Positions 9,373 to 18,836 of a stretch of 58,453 nucleotides of DNA are shown here, piece after piece. The stretch covers positions 1-58,453 of IMG/VR virus record IMGVR_UViG_3300025141_000103; one strand, given 5' to 3'. The position numbers were made by a program, and so were the translations under genes. The notes under the pieces were generated by a model that worked only from the letters and a program-made list of their open reading frames with translations, had not been told where the DNA came from and did no database searches. This DNA is from a virus. Taxonomy: Duplodnaviria > Caudoviricetes. Numbering within the stretch: the stretch's first letter is position 1; each line of letters starts with the position of its first letter.

Positions 9373-10529
9373 TGTGAACATAAACCTTTCAACTCTTGTA
9401 TAAATATTTCAGTTGGTTTCTTAAATTCCAATAATATTTTACAATTGTGTTCTAACTTACTTTTCAAATTCATATTTTTCCAATCTAACTGACTAACTCT
9501 TTCAAGTTCTAACAAAATGGCATTACATCTATCATCTACATCTTCTATCTCATCATAACTCTCATCAAATATTTCTGAAAATGTATGAAATCCCCATTCT
9601 TTTAATTGTTTCAAGACACCTGGATAACACCATATAAGAAATGGGTGTCCGTAATAAATCGCTCTTGTTAACTTTTCTGATAAAAATACTGTTGGTGTTT
9701 TGAATCCCGTAGGGTTATTCATTGGTAAAAAATTAGCGGATTCTGGTACAAGTGAAAAATATGAATCATCATAATATTGTTCTAAAACATCTGTTTCAAA
9801 ATCTGACTCTGTAGTTATTTCGTTTTCAACCTCTTTTTGAAATTTATCCATATCTACATGACTATTTGGTAATAACTTATTTAATGCCATATTAGATACA
9901 TAACTCTTATTATTTAATGACTCACTTTTTACAATATAGTTATACATTCTTTCTCTATACTCATCTCTTCTACCAAATAATGAAATGAATGTTTTATTTG
10001 GATTTTTTGGCTTTACTTCTCTTAACCCCTTTCTTCTATAATCTGATAATAGTATATTAATGTACATTGGATAACCAAGTAAATTTATTTTACTATCAAA
10101 GTTATGGTATTCAAACCACTCATCATATGCTTCCCTACAATTCAAATCATTCGTTATAAATAAAATCTTATCTTGTGGTACTGAAGTTCTTTCGCACATC
10201 AAATGAATATATCTTATAACATTACACTCTAAACCATCTTTAGTCCTAAATTCTTCATATCTCCATGTTGATTCTGTGGGTTCTACTATTGCTATAAACT
10301 TTTTATCTGATTTTAAAAATTCTTCATATGTCAACTTGAAAAGATCATCTCTAAAAATACTTTCTAAATTTAAAGTATACATAGGTTCTAAATGTGGATA
10401 TAGAATAGTATTCTCTGTAAGAATATCCCAACTGTCATATAAAAAATGTGGTTTCAGATATTCAAACCATTCTTGATAATTAGAATAATGTTTGTATTCT
10501 TCTACAAATTGTCCATCAAAGAATTTCAT
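9369..10529 (-). CDS. Hypothetical protein, possibly a GT-B-like glycosyltransferase
   Basis: YFSLVPES...FLSEKLTRAIYYGHPFL...GFHTF...DESYD C-terminal block resembles GT10/exostosin-like segments; sits in the glycan island. Confidence 0.4.
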   Translation of the reverse strand: MKFFDGQFVEEYKHYSNYQEWFEYLKPHFLYDSWDILTENTILYPHLEPMYTLNLESIFRDDLFKLTYEEFLKSDKKFIAIVEPTESTWRYEEFRTKDGLECNVIRYIHLMCERTSVPQDKILFITNDLNCREAYDEWFEYHNFDSKINLLGYPMYINILLSDYRRKGLREVKPKNPNKTFISLFGRRDEYRERMYNYIVKSESLNNKSYVSNMALNKLLPNSHVDMDKFQKEVENEITTESDFETDVLEQYYDDSYFSLVPESANFLPMNNPTGFKTPTVFLSEKLTRAIYYGHPFLIWCYPGVLKQLKEWGFHTFSEIFDESYDEIEDVDDRCNAILLELERVSQLDWKNMNLKSKLEHNCKILLEFKKPTEIFIQELKGLCSQ

Positions 10530-11271
10530 ATAGATGCTCCGCATATTTATAATGTGATTCTACAGTTGGATGAATATTATCTTCCGCACGTGTGAGCTTA
10601 TTCAAGTCAACCCATTCAGCTTCTCCACAAAATTTTTCCTTACCTATCTGTTCAAAATGAAATTTATCCCAATCTATTAAGTTTTCAAATGGTTCTGCTG
10701 ATTTATACTTACCAAATGATCGTGAAAATATGTCTTTGAAAGTTACAAATTTGTATGGAATATTTTTTAGTTTTAATAGATTTTGTGTAGCCAGCATATT
10801 GTTTAATGATTTGAGATAAGAATTTTCGAAAGTGTGGTAGTTTTTAAAAAATGTCCTCCAAAACCATTCAAAAAATTTTGAACCACTAACATAATCAGTA
10901 ATACTGAGAGTAGAATCGGTTACACTTGGTATTGGCATTCCTCCACTATGAAACCAATCTCCCGATGCATTTGTGATATCTGTATCTGTATAACCAAGTT
11001 CCATAGCTTCTTCATTAGTAAAATTATGTTCATATTTACTTACAACCAAATCCTCTCTATCTATACCCGACCACATTACAACTACATAAACATCCTGTTC
11101 CTCTAACTTTGATACCGCTTCTACTATCTTACTAGAAATATAAAAATTGCCTGCAGACCCCTTACCATAATTTGTAAGTTCTCTCCCCATCAATTCTGCT
11201 AAACGATTAGGCCAACCAACACCATGTTGTCCATCTGTAAAACTACACCCGAAAGTTAATAATTGTTTCAT
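10516..11271 (-). CDS. SGNH/GDSL-like paralogue (closest to 589..1317)
   Basis: TFGCSFTDG, GKGSAGN, VMWSGIDR, DNIHP. Confidence 0.7.
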   Translation of the reverse strand: MKQLLTFGCSFTDGQHGVGWPNRLAELMGRELTNYGKGSAGNFYISSKIVEAVSKLEEQDVYVVVMWSGIDREDLVVSKYEHNFTNEEAMELGYTDTDITNASGDWFHSGGMPIPSVTDSTLSITDYVSGSKFFEWFWRTFFKNYHTFENSYLKSLNNMLATQNLLKLKNIPYKFVTFKDIFSRSFGKYKSAEPFENLIDWDKFHFEQIGKEKFCGEAEWVDLNKLTRAEDNIHPTVESHYKYAEHLYEIL

Positions 11272-12053
11272 TCGTACCACTCCTCATAAGTTCTTTTCAT
11301 CCAATACTCTGCGTGTCTTTCATTCTTTGGTATAGCATTGAAATGAAATATGTAACCTGTATCTTTGTATATTAACTCATCCTTAGACCAATCATTATGT
11401 CCTGGTATGTGTAACATATTCTTTCTAAATAAATCTGTTAAGTTGAATCTCTCTGGCAAGTACGTCATCTTTATGTCGTGTTGTTTTACCAAGAAGTTGA
11501 CACAAGTTTGTCCTACGCCAGGTATTGGTAAACCATCATACTTCTCTTTATTTCTGACTTCATACAATCTATCTACATTCTCTAAGTAAAACTCTTGTAT
11601 TGTCTTGAAGAATGGTTTATGCTTTTTGTTAGCTATAATAAAACCTGTATTGAAATATTCCCATACCTTTGGTTTCTCCATATCAGGAAACATAAAGTGT
11701 CCCCATGCATTTATACTTCTTGTAACCCATTCGAAACAACCATTGTTAACTACAGCAGTATATTCGTGGTTAGTTCTTTCAAAGAAGTTAGGACAATCAG
11801 GATGAACTATAGTGTCTGCATCAATAATCAATACTTGGTCGTAATCTACCTCATTATGTTCTAAGATGTCAAACACCCATTCTCTCTGATATATGATTGG
11901 AAAGTTGTTGTGGTCCATTATTGGTTCAGTCCACTCAACTAATTCAACATCATGTTTATCACACCATGTCTGCCAGCTCTTTACTGAGTAATGATAAGGT
12001 GTTGACCTACCATTTCCTAAATCTATATTTGGTATAAATACTACGTTCTTCAT
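11268..12053 (-). CDS. GT8/GT34-like glycosyltransferase
   Basis: IIDADT (DxD), YFNTGFII, QTCVN, FHFN. Confidence 0.75.
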   Translation of the reverse strand: MKNVVFIPNIDLGNGRSTPYHYSVKSWQTWCDKHDVELVEWTEPIMDHNNFPIIYQREWVFDILEHNEVDYDQVLIIDADTIVHPDCPNFFERTNHEYTAVVNNGCFEWVTRSINAWGHFMFPDMEKPKVWEYFNTGFIIANKKHKPFFKTIQEFYLENVDRLYEVRNKEKYDGLPIPGVGQTCVNFLVKQHDIKMTYLPERFNLTDLFRKNMLHIPGHNDWSKDELIYKDTGYIFHFNAIPKNERHAEYWMKRTYEEWYE

Positions 12054-12673
12054 AATGTTATCATTTTATTACTATTAGTTATTTTATTATAATAAAATTC
12101 TTCTATGTTTATCAGTCTATGAAAAAAAGATTCCTCTATCTCACTCATTTTTAGCTTTTGAATAAATTCCATCTTTTCATCTGGCAAAAAAGTATGCCAT
12201 GCTGTATTGTTATTTTGTTCATGAATATGTGGTATCTTTTCTACCTTATTCCACTCTTTATCTTTACTTCTTAAATACTTCAAAAAATTAATATTACTTA
12301 AATCTTTCAACTGAACAAACTTAGTGTTATAGGATGTACTATATTCATAATACCAAACATAAGAAAACTCATTCCAAACATGAGGACCATCTGCCCAATT
12401 GAAACCATCTCTCTTATCTTGATAATAAGATGAAACAAACTTATCCATAACAGGTCTAACCACTACTATTATTTCATCAAACTCCATATTCCATTTACGT
12501 AAAAAGTTTTCTACATAACAGTCATTTTTATAAAAAGTTCCTTCTTTATGACATATATTTCTTAGTGAACCCGAACCTAATTTCAAATTCATGACAATAG
12601 AAACTTTTCTTGTACCACACAAACCTAACTCTGAGTACACTCCCTTACCTGGTATAAATCCTACGTTCTTCAT
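12030..12673. repeat. 24-bp direct repeat (1 mismatch) at 12030-12053 and 12650-12673
   Basis: tggtataaat(a/c)ctacgttcttcat; forms the first 8 codons of two adjacent genes. Confidence 0.85.
12050..12673 (-). CDS. Sulfotransferase-like protein
   Basis: KLGSGSL (5'-PSB-like) and VVRPVMDKFVSSY (3'-PB-like). Confidence 0.5.
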   Translation of the reverse strand: MKNVGFIPGKGVYSELGLCGTRKVSIVMNLKLGSGSLRNICHKEGTFYKNDCYVENFLRKWNMEFDEIIVVVRPVMDKFVSSYYQDKRDGFNWADGPHVWNEFSYVWYYEYSTSYNTKFVQLKDLSNINFLKYLRSKDKEWNKVEKIPHIHEQNNNTAWHTFLPDEKMEFIQKLKMSEIEESFFHRLINIEEFYYNKITNSNKMITL

Positions 12674-14382
12674 GCAGCTACTTTCAATCTTTCTACTAAT
12701 TTATTAGCTGCTTCAACACAAGTTCCTATCTTACCTGAAAATATAGTATAAACATTGTGAGCTACTTGATTAACAATAGTTGGTCTTGCGTCATCTTCAT
12801 CTCTATACGGTAATACAGTTCTGATAGTAAACATAGAACCAATGTGTTCTAACTTATCGAAGTCTTCAAAGAATTCCATACCTGCTTCTATAAACTTGTT
12901 TATCTTGGTGACGTGTGGATTATGAATAACACCATTGTTCAGATATTCAACAATATGTTTATTTAACACCATTGGATAATCCCCTACATTAGTAGAATGT
13001 ATTGCGTGTTCAACGTGTCCTAAAACGTGATATCCATCCTTATATGGATCGAGACACATAAAAGGTCCATCCATCACAACCACACTCTTATTCTTATATT
13101 GTTCTGGCAACTTAACTACGGGTTTCTCTACCACCTCATACTGATATTGTATTGGTTCATCTAATAATTCATTAATCTTTGCATATGTAGCAATCACAAC
13201 ATAATCATAATCATCAAAATCTTCTTCAGTAGTATGTTTGTTAAGAACTACATTAACACCAGCACCTTTCATCTTTTGTGTAACTTGCACTCTGAGCTTC
13301 TCACTATCGAATAACTCTTCTCCTACTTCTACAGTTAAATCAGTTCCATTAAATGGTTCATTTATATTATACTTCAATCCCATCTCATACAAAAACTTTA
13401 AGTATTCTTCTTTTGACACCATTGAATCACGTGATGATATAGCATAGAAATGATTTACATTTCCATTGACTACACTATCTCCATACTTTCTCTTAAACGA
13501 TTTCAATCCATCCAAACATTCTTGTGCAGTCGATTTACTTCTTGGATAGTGATATCCTCTATGTAACCTATATTGGTTTATATCTGAAGCACACTTCATT
13601 ACACTATCTAACTCTTCGTGCAAAGTTACATTGAAACCTGATGTTGCTAATGCTACACTCGCTGTAGTTCCAAATATTCCACCACCTACTACCAATACTT
13701 TTGGATATAATTTCTTCTTGACTATCTCAGATAGTTTGATTGCATTTAGTGTCATCTTTCTATTCAATTCATAATCACCTGCATTTGAAAATAGAAACTC
13801 AAACATTGTTCTTAGTGGACTATCAGCACTATACGTCATATCATGCTTATTGACAGTATGTGTTACTGCTCTACTATTACCATAAGAAAACTCTGCAACT
13901 CTACCATCTTCTAATTCTATCTCAAAGTTATTTAAATCACCTGTAACATTTTTTACATCAATATCATCATCACCAACCCACATATAAAAATGGTGGTATG
14001 CTAATCTATCAATATAATTCTCATCTTTTTGATTTGGTTTCTTCCAAGTAAATTTGTTGGTATCTTCAATTATATATTCATCTTCTTTTCTCCAACTAAA
14101 TACATCATCAACATAAAGCTTGACGTTGAAGAAATCAGCAAGAGAAAATAATGCTTCAGCACTACGTCTAGTTAGAGTTAATGGTTTCTCACAAAATACA
14201 TTCTTTCTTTGACTTAACCAATACTCCACTTGTTCGTGATGTAAATCATTTGGTGTAGATATGATAATCCAATCTGCATCCTTTGGTTCTACGTACTCCA
14301 CCATATCATTGATATTTTTATCAATGACTGTACCCCATCTACCTTTTCCTATTATGGAAACTTTTACCAACTTACATCCCAA
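12670..14382 (-). CDS. Gfo/Idh/MocA oxidoreductase fused to an FAD-dependent oxidoreductase
   Basis: N-terminal GKGRWG, STPNDLH, VFCEKP; C-terminal VVGGGIFG, ASDINQYRLHRGYHYPRS, SGKI. Confidence 0.8.
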   Translation of the reverse strand: MGCKLVKVSIIGKGRWGTVIDKNINDMVEYVEPKDADWIIISTPNDLHHEQVEYWLSQRKNVFCEKPLTLTRRSAEALFSLADFFNVKLYVDDVFSWRKEDEYIIEDTNKFTWKKPNQKDENYIDRLAYHHFYMWVGDDDIDVKNVTGDLNNFEIELEDGRVAEFSYGNSRAVTHTVNKHDMTYSADSPLRTMFEFLFSNAGDYELNRKMTLNAIKLSEIVKKKLYPKVLVVGGGIFGTTASVALATSGFNVTLHEELDSVMKCASDINQYRLHRGYHYPRSKSTAQECLDGLKSFKRKYGDSVVNGNVNHFYAISSRDSMVSKEEYLKFLYEMGLKYNINEPFNGTDLTVEVGEELFDSEKLRVQVTQKMKGAGVNVVLNKHTTEEDFDDYDYVVIATYAKINELLDEPIQYQYEVVEKPVVKLPEQYKNKSVVVMDGPFMCLDPYKDGYHVLGHVEHAIHSTNVGDYPMVLNKHIVEYLNNGVIHNPHVTKINKFIEAGMEFFEDFDKLEHIGSMFTIRTVLPYRDEDDARPTIVNQVAHNVYTIFSGKIGTCVEAANKLVERLKVAA

Positions 14383-14771
14383 TCTTTAAATTCTGATGCT
14401 ATACAATCTACTTTGTAATCTTTTCTACCACCAACTACTTCCATAATTTTATTTATAGCAGTATTTCTAATACCATTCAATCCATGAGTTAACATAAGAT
14501 TATCTGAACCCTTTTCACCCTTACGAACTTGTGATTCATTATACCAAATGTGTGCATTCATTTGTGATAGAACAACTATAGCTCTGATAACATCACCTGT
14601 TAATTTACCTTTGTGTTCTTTCAATAACATATCTATATCATGAACCATATCACTCATCTCTTTAGCATAGTTCTTTTTGTTCTCTGGTATAAAAACTTCC
14701 TTTAACTGATGTATGCTAAGTCTATCTATTAGTTCACCTAGTGTTGGTAAGAACTTCCTCTGTTTAGCCAT
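14364..14771 (-). CDS. Helical protein, DUF6165/DUF4254-like
   Basis: TLGELIDRLSI...NAHIWYNESQVR...NGIRN pattern. Confidence 0.5.
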   Translation of the reverse strand: MAKQRKFLPTLGELIDRLSIHQLKEVFIPENKKNYAKEMSDMVHDIDMLLKEHKGKLTGDVIRAIVVLSQMNAHIWYNESQVRKGEKGSDNLMLTHGLNGIRNTAINKIMEVVGGRKDYKVDCIASEFKDWDVSW

Positions 14772-15765
14772 TGTCTTCTCCTAATTTTTTAAATTTGTTT
14801 TGATTTTGTCCTAATACATTATCTAAATTATACTGACAAGTTTCGTGATTGCTCATCCATTTACTATTGGATTTTCTCTTTTCCTTGTTAGTCTTCATAT
14901 CTTTTTCACCCTTTACATATTCTCTTTTTAGTGGATGATTTCTGTTGTGAACCTTTAATAAGTTTCTAATTATAAACTGAACAAATGCAGGTCCCATTAT
15001 CTGCTGAGTTACATTTTGAAATCCAGTATCTTCACCACAAGACCAAACACCATGTGGAACATTACAACCATTCTTGATTAAGTCTGTAGATATAACTAAC
15101 CCACTACCATCAAATCTTGGATATCTAATCATTCTTAAATCTACTTCTTCAGTTTCATCATTGATTGCATTCATCTCATCTATGTTCATCGTATACCAAA
15201 TACTGGAAGGATCGTCTTGCCAAGTGTTATGGTGCATTTCGTGATAAGTAGAATTATCAAACTTAGGGTGTTGTAGTATCTTCCAACTGTCATCCCACAT
15301 CTTTCTAACACCATAAGTTGCAACGTATTTGTTTATGTTTTGTGATTCAGCATACTGACTGACTTGTTCTAATGATGGGAATAATTCTTTTGGCATCAAA
15401 CAATCTGACTCACCCCATATGATTAAGTCATAATCCATACAATTATTATAGTTTAAATCTCTACGATAATCACCAATGAAATATGGTTTGTCGTTGTCTT
15501 CATAGTAATGTGTTGTCGTCTTACAACCATAATTCCATAACTTTTTCTCAATCTTAACCCACTTATCTATAATCTCATCTTTTCTTGCAGGGTTATCAAA
15601 CTCCTCAAAGTATTCAGATAGATTTAAACAGAAGTGAAACTTAATATTCTCTTTGTTCTCAACATATTTAAGTGCATTGATACAACTATCTACGAACTCA
15701 CCAACCATATCAATTTCATAGAACATTACGTGTGTTCCGATTATATATTTTTTATTTAACTTCAT
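14764..15765 (-). CDS. Putative GT-A-fold glycosyltransferase
   Basis: IWGESDCL (DxD-like), CGEDT, late His motif; glycan-island context. Confidence 0.55.
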   Translation of the reverse strand: MKLNKKYIIGTHVMFYEIDMVGEFVDSCINALKYVENKENIKFHFCLNLSEYFEEFDNPARKDEIIDKWVKIEKKLWNYGCKTTTHYYEDNDKPYFIGDYRRDLNYNNCMDYDLIIWGESDCLMPKELFPSLEQVSQYAESQNINKYVATYGVRKMWDDSWKILQHPKFDNSTYHEMHHNTWQDDPSSIWYTMNIDEMNAINDETEEVDLRMIRYPRFDGSGLVISTDLIKNGCNVPHGVWSCGEDTGFQNVTQQIMGPAFVQFIIRNLLKVHNRNHPLKREYVKGEKDMKTNKEKRKSNSKWMSNHETCQYNLDNVLGQNQNKFKKLGEDNG

Positions 15766-16516
15766 AATTCTTTCCAAAGTTATCCCAATATGCTTGCATC
15801 ACTTGTGTTCTCATAGTCTTTTCAAATCCATTGAAATGCCACAACCAAGCAGTATCTACAAACATAAAGTAATTCAATATTTCTTTTCTCATCATATGAG
15901 TTAGATTCCATCTCTTTGACATCAACTCAAACTCCACGTCTCTGTTAACCATATAGTTTACAGGTGTTTGGTCTGAACCTTTCTTTAATGTCTTGTGTTG
16001 TAAATCTAATATCTGTTGTTCATTTGTCTCATAAAATGATGTTATAGTTTTACATAAATCTTTGTGTTCCTTGTTCATCAATATAATACCACAATTGAAG
16101 TAAGTTTCCCAATCAACTCTTGTATCAGGAAACATATGTTGGTATCCCTCTATACTTTCTTTTAACCAACCTAAGTTATCATTGTCAACACAAGCTCTGA
16201 ACTTACCATTAGCACACTCTTCAAATATGTTTGGTGCGTTCCAATGTATCATTGTATCTACATCAACCATAAAAATGTTATCGTATTCTACATTGTTACT
16301 TTCTAATATATCGTGAACATACCATCTTTGCCAAGTGATTTTCATCTCATCAGGGTTTCTTAGTGGTGTATCCATTATCATTAACTCAGCACCTATCCTA
16401 TTTGCATAGTGTCTCCACGTGCTTAGAGATAACTCTTTGTAATTGTCTACGTCTGATAAATGTTTGGATGGAACACAAGGAATGAATATAATGTTTTTAG
16501 CCAAAGTAATCCTCAC
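15752..16516 (-). CDS. GT8/GT34-like glycosyltransferase (paralogue of 11268..12053)
   Basis: VDVDT, YFNCGII, SDQTPVN, WHFNG; probable start TTG 16504. Confidence 0.75.
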   Translation of the reverse strand: MRITLAKNIIFIPCVPSKHLSDVDNYKELSLSTWRHYANRIGAELMIMDTPLRNPDEMKITWQRWYVHDILESNNVEYDNIFMVDVDTMIHWNAPNIFEECANGKFRACVDNDNLGWLKESIEGYQHMFPDTRVDWETYFNCGIILMNKEHKDLCKTITSFYETNEQQILDLQHKTLKKGSDQTPVNYMVNRDVEFELMSKRWNLTHMMRKEILNYFMFVDTAWLWHFNGFEKTMRTQVMQAYWDNFGKNYEVK

Positions 16517-17447
16517 TTTCTACTAATATCTTATCTATCAAATATTCAGATAGTGGTTCTATAAAGTTTGGATGTGATTTGATATCCTCTGGATGGTCGA
16601 AATCACAGAACCTTATCCAAGCATGAGTTAGTTTAGGGTCTAATGGTGGATGAGGTCTAACTCTTATTCTCTTGTATTTAAACTCAGGAACTTTTGATAT
16701 TGAACTCAAGAAGAAATTCCAATAATCATGATCTCTATTTAGTTGTGCTAATCTCATCTCAGCATACTTGCCAGGTCTAAACCAAGCATAATGATAAGTT
16801 ATCATTTCTAAGTCTTCTAACATAGGATACTTTTGTGTCATAAAATTTAACAATACATTTCTGTAATAATCAGGAGTTCCATATTTGATAACAAATCTTC
16901 TTTGTCTACCTGTCTCAGCTTTGAAAAATGGTTTTAATGTCTTCTCTTCTGCATAGTATTGATTTGCTACAAAGTCAACCCAGATAGTTTTCAATCCTTG
17001 ATCTGGTTCTAACTTGTTACATGCTTCTTCTATTGTATCAGCATCATCTTCGTGATGAAATACATCTCCCTCATATGGAAATATCAAATCACCCTCTTCT
17101 ACCTCTACACCAAAATCATTAAAATTATTACAACCAACATAATAATTAGTTGGTGCATCTGTAGACATATAATCCATTGGATTTAACATTATCTTTGTAT
17201 CTTTATATTCCTTTTGTGCATCTGAAATAACATCTTGAAGTTCTTCATAATCAAAACCTCTCTTACCATCTAAAGTATAAGTCTGTAGAAAATGGTTAGT
17301 AACAAAGGTATTACTTTCAGGACCACTTGGAAACATACCCTCATTATACAAAATATAATCAGGATTAATTGACTTAATTATGTTTGGTATCTGTAACTTT
17401 ACAAGATGTGTATCGTTAAATACTGGTGCTATTACTATCTTCTTCAT
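16497..17447 (-). CDS. Putative GT2-like glycosyltransferase
   Basis: IAPVFND start, YEGDVF (DxD-like), YHYAW. Confidence 0.5.
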   Translation of the reverse strand: MKKIVIAPVFNDTHLVKLQIPNIIKSINPDYILYNEGMFPSGPESNTFVTNHFLQTYTLDGKRGFDYEELQDVISDAQKEYKDTKIMLNPMDYMSTDAPTNYYVGCNNFNDFGVEVEEGDLIFPYEGDVFHHEDDADTIEEACNKLEPDQGLKTIWVDFVANQYYAEEKTLKPFFKAETGRQRRFVIKYGTPDYYRNVLLNFMTQKYPMLEDLEMITYHYAWFRPGKYAEMRLAQLNRDHDYWNFFLSSISKVPEFKYKRIRVRPHPPLDPKLTHAWIRFCDFDHPEDIKSHPNFIEPLSEYLIDKILVESEDYFG

Positions 17448-18435
17448 TTTTCCAATAGGAATAAATTCCCTTATCTATTTCATAATTTTTCCAAACAAAT
17501 CTATCTCTGTTTGGTTGTGTTTGTGCCCACTCCCACATCTTTGTTAATCCATCTTCAAGACTTGTCTTGTGTTCGAACCCTAACATTCTTACCGACTTAT
17601 CCCAAGTGGAATATGCATAGTGTGCTTCGTGTCTCATCTCATGGTGTTCAGGTAGTAAGTCTGTACCTGTAACCTTTAGTAGAGTATCACATGCTTCTTG
17701 AATACTGACTTCATGAATACCACCTAAGTTTATTATTTCACCAACACACTCATCCTTTTGACTTGCATTCCAAAATGGAACTAAAGAGTCATCGACATAA
17801 CTGAATGCTCTGACTTGAGAACCATCACCAAATATCGTAGGTGAATAACCATTGATTATCTGCCACATCCATATACCTAATACATTTCTGTACTTATCCC
17901 ATATGTTTTGGTTTTTACCATAGAAGTTATGTGGTCTAACTATTGTGTAAGGTAGTTTGTGTTGTTCATATGCTACTCTTAAATCTTGTTCGACTGAATA
18001 CTTTGCGATACCATAAGGATCGATTGGTCGTGGTTGTAAATCTTCTGAAAATGGTGGATTATATATGTTACCATATACTGACATAGAACTTGCAAATACA
18101 AATCTTTGAACATCATGTTTGATTGCATGATTGATTAGGTTTGTAGATGCTAATAGATTATTTTGATAGTTATATTTTCTTATGAATGGACTTAAACCCT
18201 CAGCGGCGTATGCTGCAAAGTGATAGATAATATCTATCTTGTGTTCTTCAAAGATACTATCTAAGTTATCTACTGATAGATTCTCTTCATAAAACTTTAC
18301 TCCTTTTGGAATATTCTCTTCGTAACCACCACTCATATCATCAATACCAATAACAGTATGTTTTGTATTCTTTTGAATCCAATCTGCTAATCTTGAACCA
18401 AGTAAACCTGCTACGCCTGTAATTAAAATATTCAT
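17416..18435 (-). CDS. NAD-dependent epimerase/dehydratase (UDP-glucose 4-epimerase-like)
   Basis: TGVAGLLG, HFAA, SSMSVYG, YGIAK, GDGSQVRAFSYV. Confidence 0.92.
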   Translation of the reverse strand: MNILITGVAGLLGSRLADWIQKNTKHTVIGIDDMSGGYEENIPKGVKFYEENLSVDNLDSIFEEHKIDIIYHFAAYAAEGLSPFIRKYNYQNNLLASTNLINHAIKHDVQRFVFASSMSVYGNIYNPPFSEDLQPRPIDPYGIAKYSVEQDLRVAYEQHKLPYTIVRPHNFYGKNQNIWDKYRNVLGIWMWQIINGYSPTIFGDGSQVRAFSYVDDSLVPFWNASQKDECVGEIINLGGIHEVSIQEACDTLLKVTGTDLLPEHHEMRHEAHYAYSTWDKSVRMLGFEHKTSLEDGLTKMWEWAQTQPNRDRFVWKNYEIDKGIYSYWKNEEDSNSTSI

Positions 18436-18836
18436 TTTTTTACCTCAACCATATCCTTAAATAAAATGTCTATCTGATTCTTATTGTTAGCTCTACCCTC
18501 ATTTGCTTTTCTTAATCTTTTCTCTTCCATCTGTGCAATCCTAAGTCTAGCTCTGTCTGATTCACCAATATGAATATCATTAGTAACTAAGTCTTCTAAC
18601 TCTTCAACGATAGAACTTGAATCAAAAGTTCTCTTCTCACCAACATATTGATATTCACCCGTATCGAAAGTCTCTTGTAGTAATTGTGATATCTTCTCTT
18701 TTATCATATCGATTGCTACTTCTTGATGATGTATCTTCTGTAAGTCTTTCTCTTTCTTAAAGAAAAACAACTTTATGTTTTCTGTTATCAGTCTATCAAA
18801 GTATGCTGACAATGTATCTATGTTAGATAGTCTCAT
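18432..18836 (-). CDS. Helical protein, DUF6165/DUF4254-like
   Basis: TLSAYFDRLITENIK...NDIHIGESDRAR...NEGRANNKNQID; same layout as 14364..14771. Confidence 0.45.
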   Translation of the reverse strand: MRLSNIDTLSAYFDRLITENIKLFFFKKEKDLQKIHHQEVAIDMIKEKISQLLQETFDTGEYQYVGEKRTFDSSSIVEELEDLVTNDIHIGESDRARLRIAQMEEKRLRKANEGRANNKNQIDILFKDMVEVKK

